Below are positions 37,971 through 49,186 of a DNA stretch of 64,000 bases, in pieces (the first letter of the stretch is position 1; every line of letters starts with the position of its first letter). Below the pieces are notes generated by a model. The model was given only the letters and a program-made list of their open reading frames with translations. It was not told the origin of the DNA and made no database searches. Made by a program: the position numbers and the translations under genes. The stretch is from Eledone cirrhosa (Eukaryota), in assembly GCA_964016885.1 (NCBI GenBank), contig OZ024742.1:210118001-210182000 (forward strand), in the 5' to 3' direction.

Positions 37971-38530
37971 AGTAAATATATATATATATATTATTGAGTA
38001 AATATATATATATATATTATTGAGTAAATATATATATATATATTAAAATAACAGATTAAAGTTTAAACAAAGAATCGCTGCTTAACGAGATCTTCAAATT
38101 TATTATTATTACTATATATATATATATGTACTATTGAGTGTATATATATATATAATTGTCAATACCTGAAATAAAGCCCCTTGTTGTACAGCCAACCATG
38201 TTACCCTTCATTCTTTCACTATTATTACTCCAAGTATAACCTACATAGGAATTACGGCGAACTCGGTGCCTGACCATGGAAACATCTGGTTGATTTAAAC
38301 AAAGAAGTACGTTACAACTATCCACGACGCAGAGTACTCACAACTTTTAACTGCATTACATATAACAATAACTTGTTACTCCATATATATATATATATGT
38401 ATATGTATATATGTATGTATCTATATATATGTATATGTATCTATATATATGTATATGTATCTATATATATGTATATGTATCTATATATATGTATATGTAT
38501 ATATATGTATGTATGTATCTATATATATAT

Positions 38531-38717
38531 ATTTGTTTCTACTTTAGGCACAAGGCCAGCAATTACCCAGTTCATTACTGGTACTTTATTTTATCGACCC
38601 CGTAAGGATGAAAGGCAAAGTCAACCTCGGCGGGATTTGAACTCAGATCGTAAAGGGACGTAACTATGCTGGAAAGCATGGCGTCCGACCCTCTACCGAT
38701 ACTGCCAATCCACCGCC
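38531..38717 (-). mobile_element. Full-length SINE-B with TSD, beside a 20-bp TA-derived tandem repeat
   Basis: Flanked by TGTATCTATATATATATAT on both sides; (TATATATATGTATATGTATC)n at ~38400-38500. Confidence 0.9.
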
Positions 38718-40434
38718 TGTATCTATATATATATATTGTTGAGTAAATATATATATATTTACTCAATAATATATATATGCATACATACCTATATACATAT
38801 ATACAGACACACACACATCTACACACACAAATCCATACACGTGTGTATATATATATGTACGCACAATTGCATATATACAACAGGCCCCCATATCCAAGTA
38901 TAAGGCAGACATAAAACTAGGTGGGTGTAATTTTTAAAGAAAAGTAAAGTCGGTGTTTGGAAAAGTTATTGTTTAGACTAGACAAAGGTAGAGTGTGATA
39001 TATATCTTCACAGCAATAGCTTGGGGGCTTTGGAGCTTAGGCGAATCCCTTAGTACAGACATATATACCCACCCACACTTTTATACTTCTGGATGCGCGT
39101 GTATGTCAATATACACATGTGCACTCATACAAGAGAGTATATACAAACATACTCCTAAGCATACAGTTGAACATTTATCAATCCAACCTGGGGTATTAGT
39201 ATTACGTTACGTTCACATAAGTGTGTACATTCACGCAGCCCCAGTATACACACACAATGCACGGTTGCGGGCACTCATTCATGCGTATAGGGTTAGTACC
39301 TTGGTATGATTGTTCTTCCTGTGTGGGCCGCTCCCCTCAGGTTCAATAAAACGTGGTTTAGATGACTCCTAACCAGTAGAGGATCCGGTGGACCGTCCGT
39401 CCACCATTGGGACCACAAACTATGGGTGGTTGTTGTTGTCCATTGGGGACCTACAGGGGGGGGGGCGTTTTGTGAGGCCTTAACCGGGGTTTAATCATAT
39501 AGCTTGAGGAAAGTTCCCGTCCTTGGGTGTCTGCAGCACCCAATAAGCCTTCTGTTTAACAGCTTGGTTCCGGTGGGGTGGGTTCAGCCTGTCTATCACA
39601 GGTCTCTTTGTGGTGGGAAATTTTTTTAAAAACCAGAGCAGAGTATTAGTGGTGGCTTTCAATCAGGAATGTTTGGAAAATATGTGAATGAGAAATTTTT
39701 TCTCTTTTTTTTTTTTTTTTTTATTACATATTTTTTTTTTTATTACATATTTAGTTTTGGTTTAAATTTGTTAATAAATAGTTTTTATTTATTTATTCTT
39801 TGCTGCTGAGCGAAAGAATCAGAGCACTTGTAAAGGGTGAAGATTTTAAAGTTGGGTAGAGTCATTCCTGCACAATTTGCCATGTGGCTACTTAAGGGGA
39901 TTTTTCTTGTGTTTACGTCTCGGATTTGTTGGGGATGGATGGTCATTCTTTTGCGTAATGACACCCCCCCCCCCTCCCCGTCTGTCCTATATAGTTATGT
40001 CAACAGCCACCGCGTGTGATTATGTAGATCAGGTTCTCCGTGTTGCAAGTGAAGTTGTTTTTCACTGTGAAAGTTTGGCTATCTTTCAAGGTGAATTTAT
40101 GTCCTTCAATTAAGTATAGGCATGTGCCACAGTTTGTTCTACTGCATTTTGTTACCGTAAGGTTGGAGATAGGTTTGTGTATATTAGTTCCAGTGAGAAT
40201 GTGTTTTTGTGATTTGGGTTGCCTTTTACTTTTAATCATCTTGTGTGTTTCTAGGATTTTTTCATCTTTAAATAGAATGGAGAGGTTTTTGTGTAGGAGG
40301 TCAAACACTTGGGTGTTTCTGGGGTTGAAAGTGGATACATATGGTAAGGTATTGTTTGTGGTTCTGTGCTTTGGGTTGTTGGGTTGATGAAAATGTGCGT
40401 GTTTTGCTCTGTCTATTCCGTTATTGTGTCAAGT

Positions 40435-41790
40435 CACTCTTGAGTGCTACTGGTAACATGTAAAGGTCGGGTCGTCGGCGACTAAACTGGCAACCCCACC
40501 AAGTTTAGTTGGTGAAGAGGGTGATTTTGGACACCCTGCAGGACAAAAAACAAAACCTGACAAAGGGCGGAAGAACTCATAAGAGTCAACGGCCATCCAA
40601 AAAATGTGTAAATATGTATATACACATGTACATATGTATGTGTATTATATACGTGTGTATATACCTGGGGTGTCAGGGAGGGGCATGTACCGCTGTAGTG
40701 GGAGGGGGCTAGCCCTGCCCTTTTCAGGACAACTCGTCCTGAATTGGGTCCCATCTGACACTCAGCTTTCACCTGTGGCCCCAAGAAGCTGTAGCATGCG
40801 ACAGCGGCCACAGGGAGTCTGACCTCCAAGTCATCGTCAACTAGTTCACAGAGGCCTCCTGCCTCTTCGGTCTCACAATTAGCCCTGGCAAGACTGAGAT
40901 CCTGTTCCAGCCTGCACCTGCATCCGTCACCCACCCTCCTATCTCCACCGGAGGCACCCAGCTAAAGACGGTGGACGACTTCAAGTACTTCGGCAGTGTC
41001 ATCAGCAGCGATGGAAGCCTCGACAAAGAGATAAACGCCAGGATCTGCAAGGCCAGTCAAGCCCTTGGCCGCCTGAGGACACGCGTCCTGAACCAGCGCA
41101 ACATCAGGCAGTCCACCAAGCTCAATGTGTACAGGGCCGTTGTTCCCACCAGCCTCCTCTACGGATGTGAGACATGGACCCTGTACAGAAGGCACCTGAA
41201 GCAGCTGGAACGGTTCCACATGCGCAGCCTGCGGTCAATCATGAACATCAAATGGCAGGGCAAGGTCTCCAACCTCGAAGTTCTTGACATGGCTGAAACA
41301 ACCAGTGTCGAAGCTATGATACTGAAGAGCCAACTTCGATGGGTGGGACATGTCATCCGAATGGACGATCCCAGGCTTCCGATGCAACTGATGTATGGGG
41401 AACTCTGTTCGGGGAAACAAAAGCAGGGCAGACCTCTCAAGAAGTTCAAAGACTGTGTGAAGTCCAGCATCAACAACACTGGAATCGCCCCAAAACAACT
41501 CGAGACGGGATTGAGTGGCGAGCCCTTACCAGACACGCCAAAGACTCTTTTGAAGAGAAGAGACGGGCAGAGGTCACTGGGGCCCGTGAAAGGAGGAGAA
41601 ATGCATCAGCAGCTGCCCCAAGCGACTCCGGTCTCTTCCCCTGCCCCAAGCGACTCCGGTCTCTTCCCCTGCCCCCACTGTCCCCGGACCTGCAAGTCAA
41701 GGATCGGCCTCCACAGCCACCTTCGTGCCCACGGCAAATGGGAACAACAATAAAGAAGATGTCATCATCATTTACGATGGACAACCAAGA
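40435..41790 (+). mobile_element. Internally deleted (bipartite) RTE LINE nested in the PLE
   Basis: Leader shared with 32172, joined at ~40820 to DLQVIVN*F..FGLTIS..KTE..FKYFGS..YGCETWT..QLRWVGHV..GRP..CPHCPRTCKSRIGLHSHLRAH. Degenerate TSD ATTCC(G/A)TTATT..TGTCAAGT at 40415-40434 and 41790-41813. Confidence 0.9.
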
Positions 41791-43381
41791 TTCCATTATT
41801 AATTATGTCAAGTGGGAAGGCTCTTAAGGTAAGTGTGTTTTTTAGTTCATTTGGTCTTTGTTCCCGTTTAGCTGGGTCTGATACTATGGTGCATATGTTT
41901 GACTAAATTAAAAGGAATGTTAAGTTTTGTATGTTTTGGGTGATTTGATGTGAAGAGGAGGGACTGTTTGGAGTCCGAGGGTTTATGAAAGATGTCTGTT
42001 TCTATTTTCCCATCTGTTTTTAGAATATGGATATCCAAGAAGGCTAATTCCTTGGAGTTGGATTCCATTGTGAATTGTATGTTATTGTTAATGTTGTTTA
42101 TCATATTTTGAAAAGAGTGAGTGTATTTATGTCTTCCTGCCATAGTATAAAGCAATCGTCTAGGTATCTCTTCCAATTATTTTTGAGATGCGTAAGGAAA
42201 GAGTCTCTGAATAATAGAAGGGATAGGTTGTTGATTTGTTGTTCGTGGAATCCCATGACTAAGTTGGCGTATGTGGGGGCTACCTTTGTGCCCATTGCAG
42301 TACATGAGATTTGTCGGTATGTTGAATCATTGAAAGTAAAGAAATTATTCTGTAATATAAATCGGAGTCAATCAATAATGAAGTTTTTGTTGATGCGTGT
42401 TGGTATTTCAGATTGGTGAGTGTCTAGCCAGTACTAGATTGCTGTTATTCCATAGTTATGGGGTATGTTGGTGTAGAGGTTTACTACGTCAAAGGAGACA
42501 AGAATAGTGTTTTCACTTACTCTTTTGGGTAGGTGGTTCAGCATATCAAGGTCATGCCATATGTAACTCTGTATATGTTTTAGTAAGGGCTTTAGTAGGA
42601 TGTCCAGGAAGTTGCTAAGTCTGTGGGTTTCACACGCAGGGCCTGCTATAATTGGTCTGAGTTTTAAGTCTTTTGATGGTGTTAATTGTATGTATTTGTT
42701 AGTCGAAGTGTCACATGCATTGTTTATGAGTTTACATTTATGTATCTTCGGTAAGCCGTAGAAAGCACTTGTATTACATTTGCAATGGCTTATGTATTCA
42801 AATTCTTTTGTGGTTAGGCTACTGCGGTATTTTTGTAGTAATGCTAGGAGATTCCTTATTGTTTTAGTTTGTTTGTAGTTTTCTGTTTTTTCGTAGTACT
42901 GGTTGTTGTCTAAGATTTTGAGTGCCAGGTCCCTATAGTAGTCAGTGTCCATAATGACCACAGTACTTCCTTTATTAGCTTCTTTGGTGGTTATTTCAGT
43001 GTTATTTCGCAATGTGAATAATTTTTTCCATTCGTGTTTTGAGAAGTTTGATTTTGTCTGTTTATTTGCAATTTTTTTATAGGGAAAGTTGATGTGTTCC
43101 TCCCTTTCTGTTGGCAGAAATCACTTTTGTTTCTCACTATTGATTCATCTTCAGTGTTGGTGTCACTGGAGAAGTATTCTATTAGTCTAAGTTTTCGGCA
43201 GAATTCCATGATATCATCTTTCATGCCGAGGAAGTTAGATTTTTGTGGTGTGGGTGTAAATTTCAGTCCCTTACTTATTATGTTAATTTGTGTGTTAGTT
43301 AGTGATTTCTTTGAAAGGTTAATTATCTTCGGTTTCTCTTGAGTCGGGGCCATCGGATGTCCTGGTATTTCAGTCTTGTTC

Positions 43382-44574
43382 CTAAAAAAGGATTTTTTTT
43401 TTTTTGTAATTGTAGTCTGCTTGTCTGTTTTGTATGGATCTGTAGTTACTTGTTTTATGAGAGTTAATGTGGTGATGGGGGTGGTATCTGCTGTAGTTGT
43501 TATTGTGTAGGAGTTCTGTTATGGTTTCATGTCGTCTGGGTCGGTTCTTTCTGGAATACATAGTGTTGATGTTGTGGGGTTGTTTTTTGTTGTGTTGGGA
43601 GTAATACCTGTTGTAGTTATTAATGTGGGGGGGGGGGGATTTCATGTGATCTGTGTGGGTTTCTTCTGAAGTATATGGTGTATGTGTTGCGGGTTTGTTC
43701 TATGTTGTTTTGGGGTTGGTTTCTGTAGGAGATATTTTTGTGGGTACCTATGTTGTGGTGGTTGGGTATGTTTCTTCTACTGTAGTTGGTTGTATTTGGT
43801 CTGTGTTGAGTGGGGTTTTGTCTGTGGTTTATGTGTGTTGGGATTGGTAGTAGGAATGTTTCTGTGGGGGGGTTCTTGTTTTGTTTAATTTCTTTATAAA
43901 GGGGTTATCTGTGATGCATTGCTTTGAAATCCTCTTCATATTTGAGGAACCAATTTTCAGATTTTTCCATCATTTTAATGAGATTAGTTCTGCATTCTCG
44001 CAGTCCTGTTTCCAGGATTTAACTAAATTGTGTAGAGTTGGTCCCTCGGTGTGTTTAGCACATTCTATTTCCATTTGTTGGTCGATATCCTGATATTTTT
44101 GTTCATTGGAGGTGGCTCTTAATTTTAAGAGTTCTGTTTCCATATTCATTTTGTTGAGTGACATTTGTTCTCGTAGTTTCCGTTGTTGTTCAAGTTCATT
44201 AGTTATGTGTTTTATTTGGAATTTACGGGGTAAGATTATCGGTGTGGAGTTGATCCATTTTTCATAGATTCCAGCCTTGTTCATATTTTTCACCATATTC
44301 CAGAAAGTGAATTTTCTTATTTTCAATTGTTTTTTTCCAAAAGTGTTCAATTTTGTTTTTAATGTGGTATGAAGTTTCTTGTTCTGTTTTAACGTTTATA
44401 AGTTTTTCCATGGAGTTACATAAGTGTTGTATGTTTAGGTTAAATTGGTTATTGGTTGTTGTAATATTGTCTTCGTTGTTATCGGCCAGTGTGGGATTTT
44501 GTAGTTTATCAAGTTTTTTATGTAAGGATTGTGAGTTTTTCGTTTATCTTTTGTTGAGGTAAGTTTTTTTCCAT
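43382..44574 (-). pseudogene. ORF1-like upstream ORF of the PLE (predicted coiled-coil plus N/H/Y/R-rich tail)
   Basis: ATG at 44574; frames join through MEKNLPQQ..HFWKK/QLKIRKFTFWN..IYEKWINSTPIILPRKF..ELEQQRKLREQ..SWKQDC to ..KKKKILF* at 43382; RT ORF starts at 43353. Confidence 0.65.
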
Positions 44575-44577
44575 CTT

Positions 44578-44930
44578 TCTTAACCTTTGTATTTTACATA
44601 AACCTGGTTAACCTTTGTATTTTACTTAAACCTGGTTAACCTCTATATTTTTACTTAAATCTAGTTAACCTTTGTATTTTACTTAAACCTGGTTAACCTC
44701 TATATTTTTACTTAAACCTGGTTAACCTTTATATTTTACTTAAACCTGGTTAACCTCTATATTTTTACTTTAAACCTGGTTAAGCTTTGTATTTTACTTA
44801 AACCTGGTTAACTTTTGTATTTTACTTAAACCTGGTTAACTTTTGTATTTTACTTAAACCTGGTTAACCATTATATTTTACTTAAACCTGGTTAGCCTTA
44901 TATTTTACTTAAACCTGGTTAGCCTTGTAT
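44578..44930. repeat. 28-29-bp tandem repeat, about 12 units, abutting the PLE ORF1 start
   Basis: Unit CCTGGTTAACCTTTGTATTTTACTTAAA with internal palindrome GGTTAACC. Confidence 0.95.
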
Positions 44931-46004
44931 TCATATAGAATAACATGATTCTGAATCCCACAACTTTTACACATATTCTTAACATAAGAGTGTATAATCT
45001 GAATTTTCTCCAGCCTTTTTAATCTTTTAATCTTCATAAATTATCTGGAATTAAAATAGTAGTATCTCGGTATGTGCTCTTATTTGTGTACAGGTGTGTG
45101 TATGTATGTACATGCATATAATCCCACAATCTGACGTGCGCATACGCACACGCACACGCACACACACACACACACATTGATACAAACAAACCCACATATA
45201 AACATACATTACAAATACTCTTTCTCTAGTTCGTACCTTTTACTCTCTGACATAACCCAATAGGTAGGTCTATACGTGATCCTTCGATCTGCTACACAAA
45301 GCAGCCATAACTTTCTTTTATTACACACTGTCGTCTGGAAAAGAGAAGGGATAGTCGCGATTGGAATGCATTTCCTTATAAATATGTTTAATGAGATATG
45401 ACTTGTGGCTAAACAATAACTAAAACAGCCACGAACCAACGATGAAGCTTGTGTAGGGTCGTTCGAAATGCTAGAAATAGCAGCCGAACCCCCCATCAAA
45501 TCAGACACGCTAGCTCCTTGAAAAGATGGAGGGGGGTGATATACAGACAGGATGGTATCGACTGGAGCTCGTTTTATCTGCTAGATCAGATCTAACCTGG
45601 GGCTAAACAACAGCTTCATTTCTATAAAACTTAATATAGGGATTCTAGAAGAGGTCAATAATCCATTCGGATGTGTATTTTGTCAGTATTATTTTTCTTT
45701 TTAATTAAATAGTCGAACATACAGATTAGAAATAAATCGATAATCCCAGGTGATGGGTGATGGTCTGCGTCGACAAAAGAAAAACAGCAGTTCGTAAAAT
45801 GTTGTGGTGCGAGTAAAGTAGGCGGCAATACATAGAGATTCACAGATTATTGTCTGATTGAAAGAAGTTATTAAAACTAGCTAGAAAATAATATATCAAT
45901 CTATTATTTGTTTTACACGTATCCAAGTTACATTAAACATGTACAAAAACAAACATCCGTTGCCCCTACACACACACGCGCGCGTATTTAGTTTTTTATT
46001 GTGT

Positions 46005-46103
46005 ATCGACCTGTTACGCGCGTTTTGCAGAGGATTGGCTCGAAGTCACCCATAGAAGTTATGGACTCGACACCATTATTGATCTGCTCCTCAGACTGGC
46101 GAT
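46005..46103 (-). ncRNA. Type-I hammerhead with long stem II, single core mutation
   Basis: Minus strand ATCGCCAGT-CTGAGGA-GCAGA..TCTGC-AAAA-CGCGCG-TA-ACAGGTCGAT; only G12>A (at a CpG) departs from the core. Confidence 0.75.
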
Positions 46104-46148
46104 TCAACAAAAAATATAGTGTGAATTATGAGATGTTGGATATATATA

Positions 46149-46314
46149 CAGAGGCGGTGGAAGCATTTCTAAATTAGGGGCACCAGATTTGGTCAATTTA
46201 GTTGTAGTGATTGGTTTAACTCTTTACACTCTAAAATAGTAGTTTGGGGAGAAAAATATAATTATTGGAGTGGGTATGCTTCCCCACGGGCCCTCCCCAG
46301 TTCCACCACCCCTG
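46149..46314 (-). mobile_element. CAGGGG-type MITE, short form, TA-flanked
   Basis: TA-CAGAGGCGGTGGAA ... TTCCACCACCCCTG-TA. Confidence 0.85.
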
Positions 46315-46429
46315 TATATATATATATAAGTGTTGAAGTTTCCCTTGAAAAAGTAAGAGGAATGAAGAGTGCTCTATGTAAGTTACAGAGCTAAATATTT
46401 AATGTATAATAAACAATATAATATAATTA

Positions 46430-46497
46430 CCTCATTACCAGAGGTTTCCCGAATAAGACGAATACAAGAAACGTCCGCATTCGTTCGTCAGACAAGG
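46430..46497 (-). ncRNA. Type-I hammerhead ribozyme, intact core, minus polarity
   Basis: Minus strand CCTTGT-CTGACGA-A-CGAATGCGGACG(11 nt)CGTCTTATTCG-G-GAAA-CC(TCT)GG-TA-ATGAGG; 6-bp stem I, GUA site. Confidence 0.8.
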
Positions 46498-46657
46498 AAT
46501 TGCCTTGTCTGGAAACGCCTCTTGCATAACTTCAAGCTCCGGATTGAATTACAACAACATTCTAATCAACTCGAACATTTTATTGCGGACATTCGCAGTT
46601 ATCTCCCTTACACCGTTCGCCCGTGGTTTTGTATCGCTTAGGTGAAGTGACCGTTTC

Positions 46658-46668
46658 TGCGCATGCGC
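46658..46668. promoter_or_regulatory. NRF1/Ewg-like palindromic motif between the divergent hammerheads
   Basis: TGCGCATGCGC matches the NRF1 consensus; function inferred only. Confidence 0.35.
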
Positions 46669-46703
46669 GTTCATACAGTTGTTCTTCCTGTTCCGTATAA
46701 CCA

Positions 46704-46760
46704 TTACCAGTCCGAGCTGAAGATCCGCATAAGGTGAAACAATTGTTCTCGGTATGGTGA
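46704..46760 (+). ncRNA. Minimal type-I hammerhead ribozyme, intact core, plus polarity
   Basis: TTACCA-GT-CCGAG-CTGAAGA-T-CC(GCATAA)GG-T-GAAA-CAATTG-TT-CTCGG-TA-TGGTGA; 5+6-bp stem I with 2x2 loop, palindromic stem III, GUU site. Confidence 0.85.
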
Positions 46761-46856
46761 ACTAACTGTTGTGTTACTACTTCTACCTAACTTGTCCCAT
46801 GGACTGAGTGCTCTAACACTACGGATATTACCTTCCAGCAGTGTTCTACCTCTCTC

Positions 46857-46900
<44 letters not shown>

Positions 46901-47222
46901 TGAGATGTGAGAAAAACCACAGACCCTCCATCTCAACTCTACTTTTGAAAAGCAGAAGAACTGCGAAACCGGTAAAGGAACCAAATAAATATATATATAT
47001 TTTTAAAAAATAAAACACCAGTTGCATTTTCGATTTCATCTTTTTTTCTTTATACTTTCACTCGTGTAGGACACCTCGATTATTTTTCATTTTGTAAAAA
47101 AAAACTCACTTTCTTATATATATAATCTTTTTAAAATGTTGCTCTGTATTCTTTCCTAAGGGGTTAATATATCGAACTTCTCCGCATTTGGTAAGAAACT
47201 GGTATTATACCCAATTTATTCA

Positions 47223-47303
<81 letters not shown>

Positions 47304-47339
47304 TTTATAAAGGTGACCTTTGTTTACTCTAAAATTTCA

Positions 47340-47654
47340 CCAGGCGGAACTCTCTTCCAATACCCCTCTCTATATCAATTACCACCAAACTCTCTCTATA
47401 TATATATCTAATACCCGGAACTCTCTTCCAATAATCCTCACGATATCAAGTAACACCAAACTCTTCCCCTCTCTATATCAACTACATAGAACTCTCTTCC
47501 AATTGCCCTCTCTATATCAATTACCACCAAACTCTCCCTCTCTCTACTACATGAAACCCTCTTCCAATACCCCCTCTCCATATCAAGTAACACCAAACTT
47601 TCCTCCTCCACACACACACGCGCGCGCGCGCGCCCCTTTGTTCCACCGCCCCTG
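47340..47654 (-). mobile_element. CAGGGG-MITE long form fragment with GA-rich minisatellite
   Basis: CCCTCTCTATATCAATTACCACCAAACTCTC units ending TTCCACCGCCCCTG. Confidence 0.75.
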
Positions 47655-48600
47655 ATATATAAGCAACAGCCCTTTTTTGTGTGTGTGTGTTGAAATAACG
47701 TTTCTTCTAATTTTCTTTACTTTCCAAAATATAAAAGACAATATTTCAAAAGTTCAAAAGGGTAAAAACAATTTAAAGATTGTATAGAGGTATATCTTTC
47801 ACTGAATGCTGCCAAATATACATATAAACTCTCATCAGACATTGGCTCTCACATTACTGGGTGTCATGGTCAGGAAAAGACCTGAACCTCTGACTTAGTA
47901 ACAAGATCATCCTGACTAAAATCTTCACGTGGAGAGCCTGTTCTGCATCTGGTTGGATCTAATTGGGTATACCTCGATAAAATATAACTAAAGTCTCCAA
48001 CGTCAGAACAAGTTGATGAAGACTTATGATCTCAACGGTTGAACTAGCGGAAGAGAACAATACTAGACGGACTGGCTAAAAAGGCACAACTTAATTTACA
48101 CCTGGTTAACAGCAGTCCGTTGCTGTTTCGTCACTTGAGCCTGCATGTCATATTCTACATGTGCCGCAGATGATGTATTCGAAACCAGAGTTAGCGTATC
48201 ACTTTCTGGCAGGTTGAGATCCATCCTAATCAAAACCCCCGCCATAGGCATTTCTTTCACTGATGCTTCCTCATCTTTCATCCTCCTTTACAAAATCTAA
48301 CGATAGTGGGGTCAGGATGACGGGAGCAGTTGTTAGTGAAACTGAAAGCCCATAGTCCGGACCGCATATTGGCGGCAAATATGTGATGGTCGCCTTTCTG
48401 GAACCTGTGGCTGTTCAGGAATCCTGTCCTACATCTGTGCCTGGACAGACATATATAAGAACACTGCTACCCACCCCAAATGGGGAAGGACCTGCAAAAA
48501 ATCAAAAGTCTCTTCAAACCTAACTGGGTAACCGCACCCAGTAGGACACCCAAAATGTAGTCTAAATGACGTTGCTGCCAAAATTAATTTCCCTTTGCTG

Positions 48601-48720
48601 TTATCTAGCCTTTTCCAGAAGATGTAGAGTTAGAAAAGTCATGTCAGTTGTGCCATGTTGAAGCCGGAAACCGGCTTGAGAGACAGGGAGCACTCCGAAG
48701 CTATTCTGTAGAGAAGATAA
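48601..48720 (-). pseudogene. Small RTE-type RT fragment
   Basis: VLPVSQAGFRLQHGTTDMTF..LLEKAR matches the RT motif-2 region. Confidence 0.6.
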
Positions 48721-49186
48721 GATCAGAAGATGCAACATCCAAAGGAGATATGGCACAGTTGTTATTGCAATCAGAATTATCACTTTTATTTTTCTAAATG
48801 GTTTGATGATAGCATGTTTTCAAAACCATACGCTACGAAACAGAAACATACAAATATATACACAAACACACAGATTGGTAGACAGTCAGAATGGCGGACG
48901 GGAAGCCAAACAGAGAGACAAACAGTGGATATCCGCTGTGAATTCAGTCCCCACTCTGCCATCGAAACGGTTTAAGCTTAGCCGTATGACGTACGTGTCT
49001 TTAGATAATATCTGTCCTCTACTTTCTTTTTAAAGTATGGAGTACTAAGTTGAATGTTGCTCTTACTAGTCTCAATTAATGACATCTTGTATGTAGATGA
49101 ATGGATGGACAGCCAGACAGGCAGGCAGACAAGCAGATAGATGGGCAGACGCACATACATACATGCATGAGGATTTTGCAGCGTCT

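Larger units (their letters stand above)
39300..44574 (-). mobile_element. Near full-length Neptune-like Penelope element with upstream ORF, interrupted by an RTE insertion
   Basis: IINLS..KGLKFTPTP, ANKGSTVVIMD, FYGLPKIHK, LRPII, SFDVVNLYTNIP, AMGTKVAPTYANL, WKRYLDDCFILW, LAFLDI; Cys-linker CSRTNCGTC..FTCNTENLIYIIT..YIGQTG. Frameshifts and stops present; left boundary approximate. Confidence 0.92.

Noticed and set aside
39445-39606. Hammerhead at the 3' end of the Neptune-like PLE (minus strand GACC..CAAAAC..GTA-GGTC)
   Set aside because: Position is as expected, but the CUGANGA core needs two deletions and stem III is a C homopolymer; not supportable.
44578-44930. 28-bp repeat with internal palindrome as a CRISPR array
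   Set aside because: Units are contiguous with no unique spacers; eukaryotic context; no cas genes.
47785-47845. CTGATGA..GAAA on the minus strand
   Set aside because: No stem I and stem II out of register; chance match. CTGANGA hits at 14514, 21554 and 31251 fail likewise.
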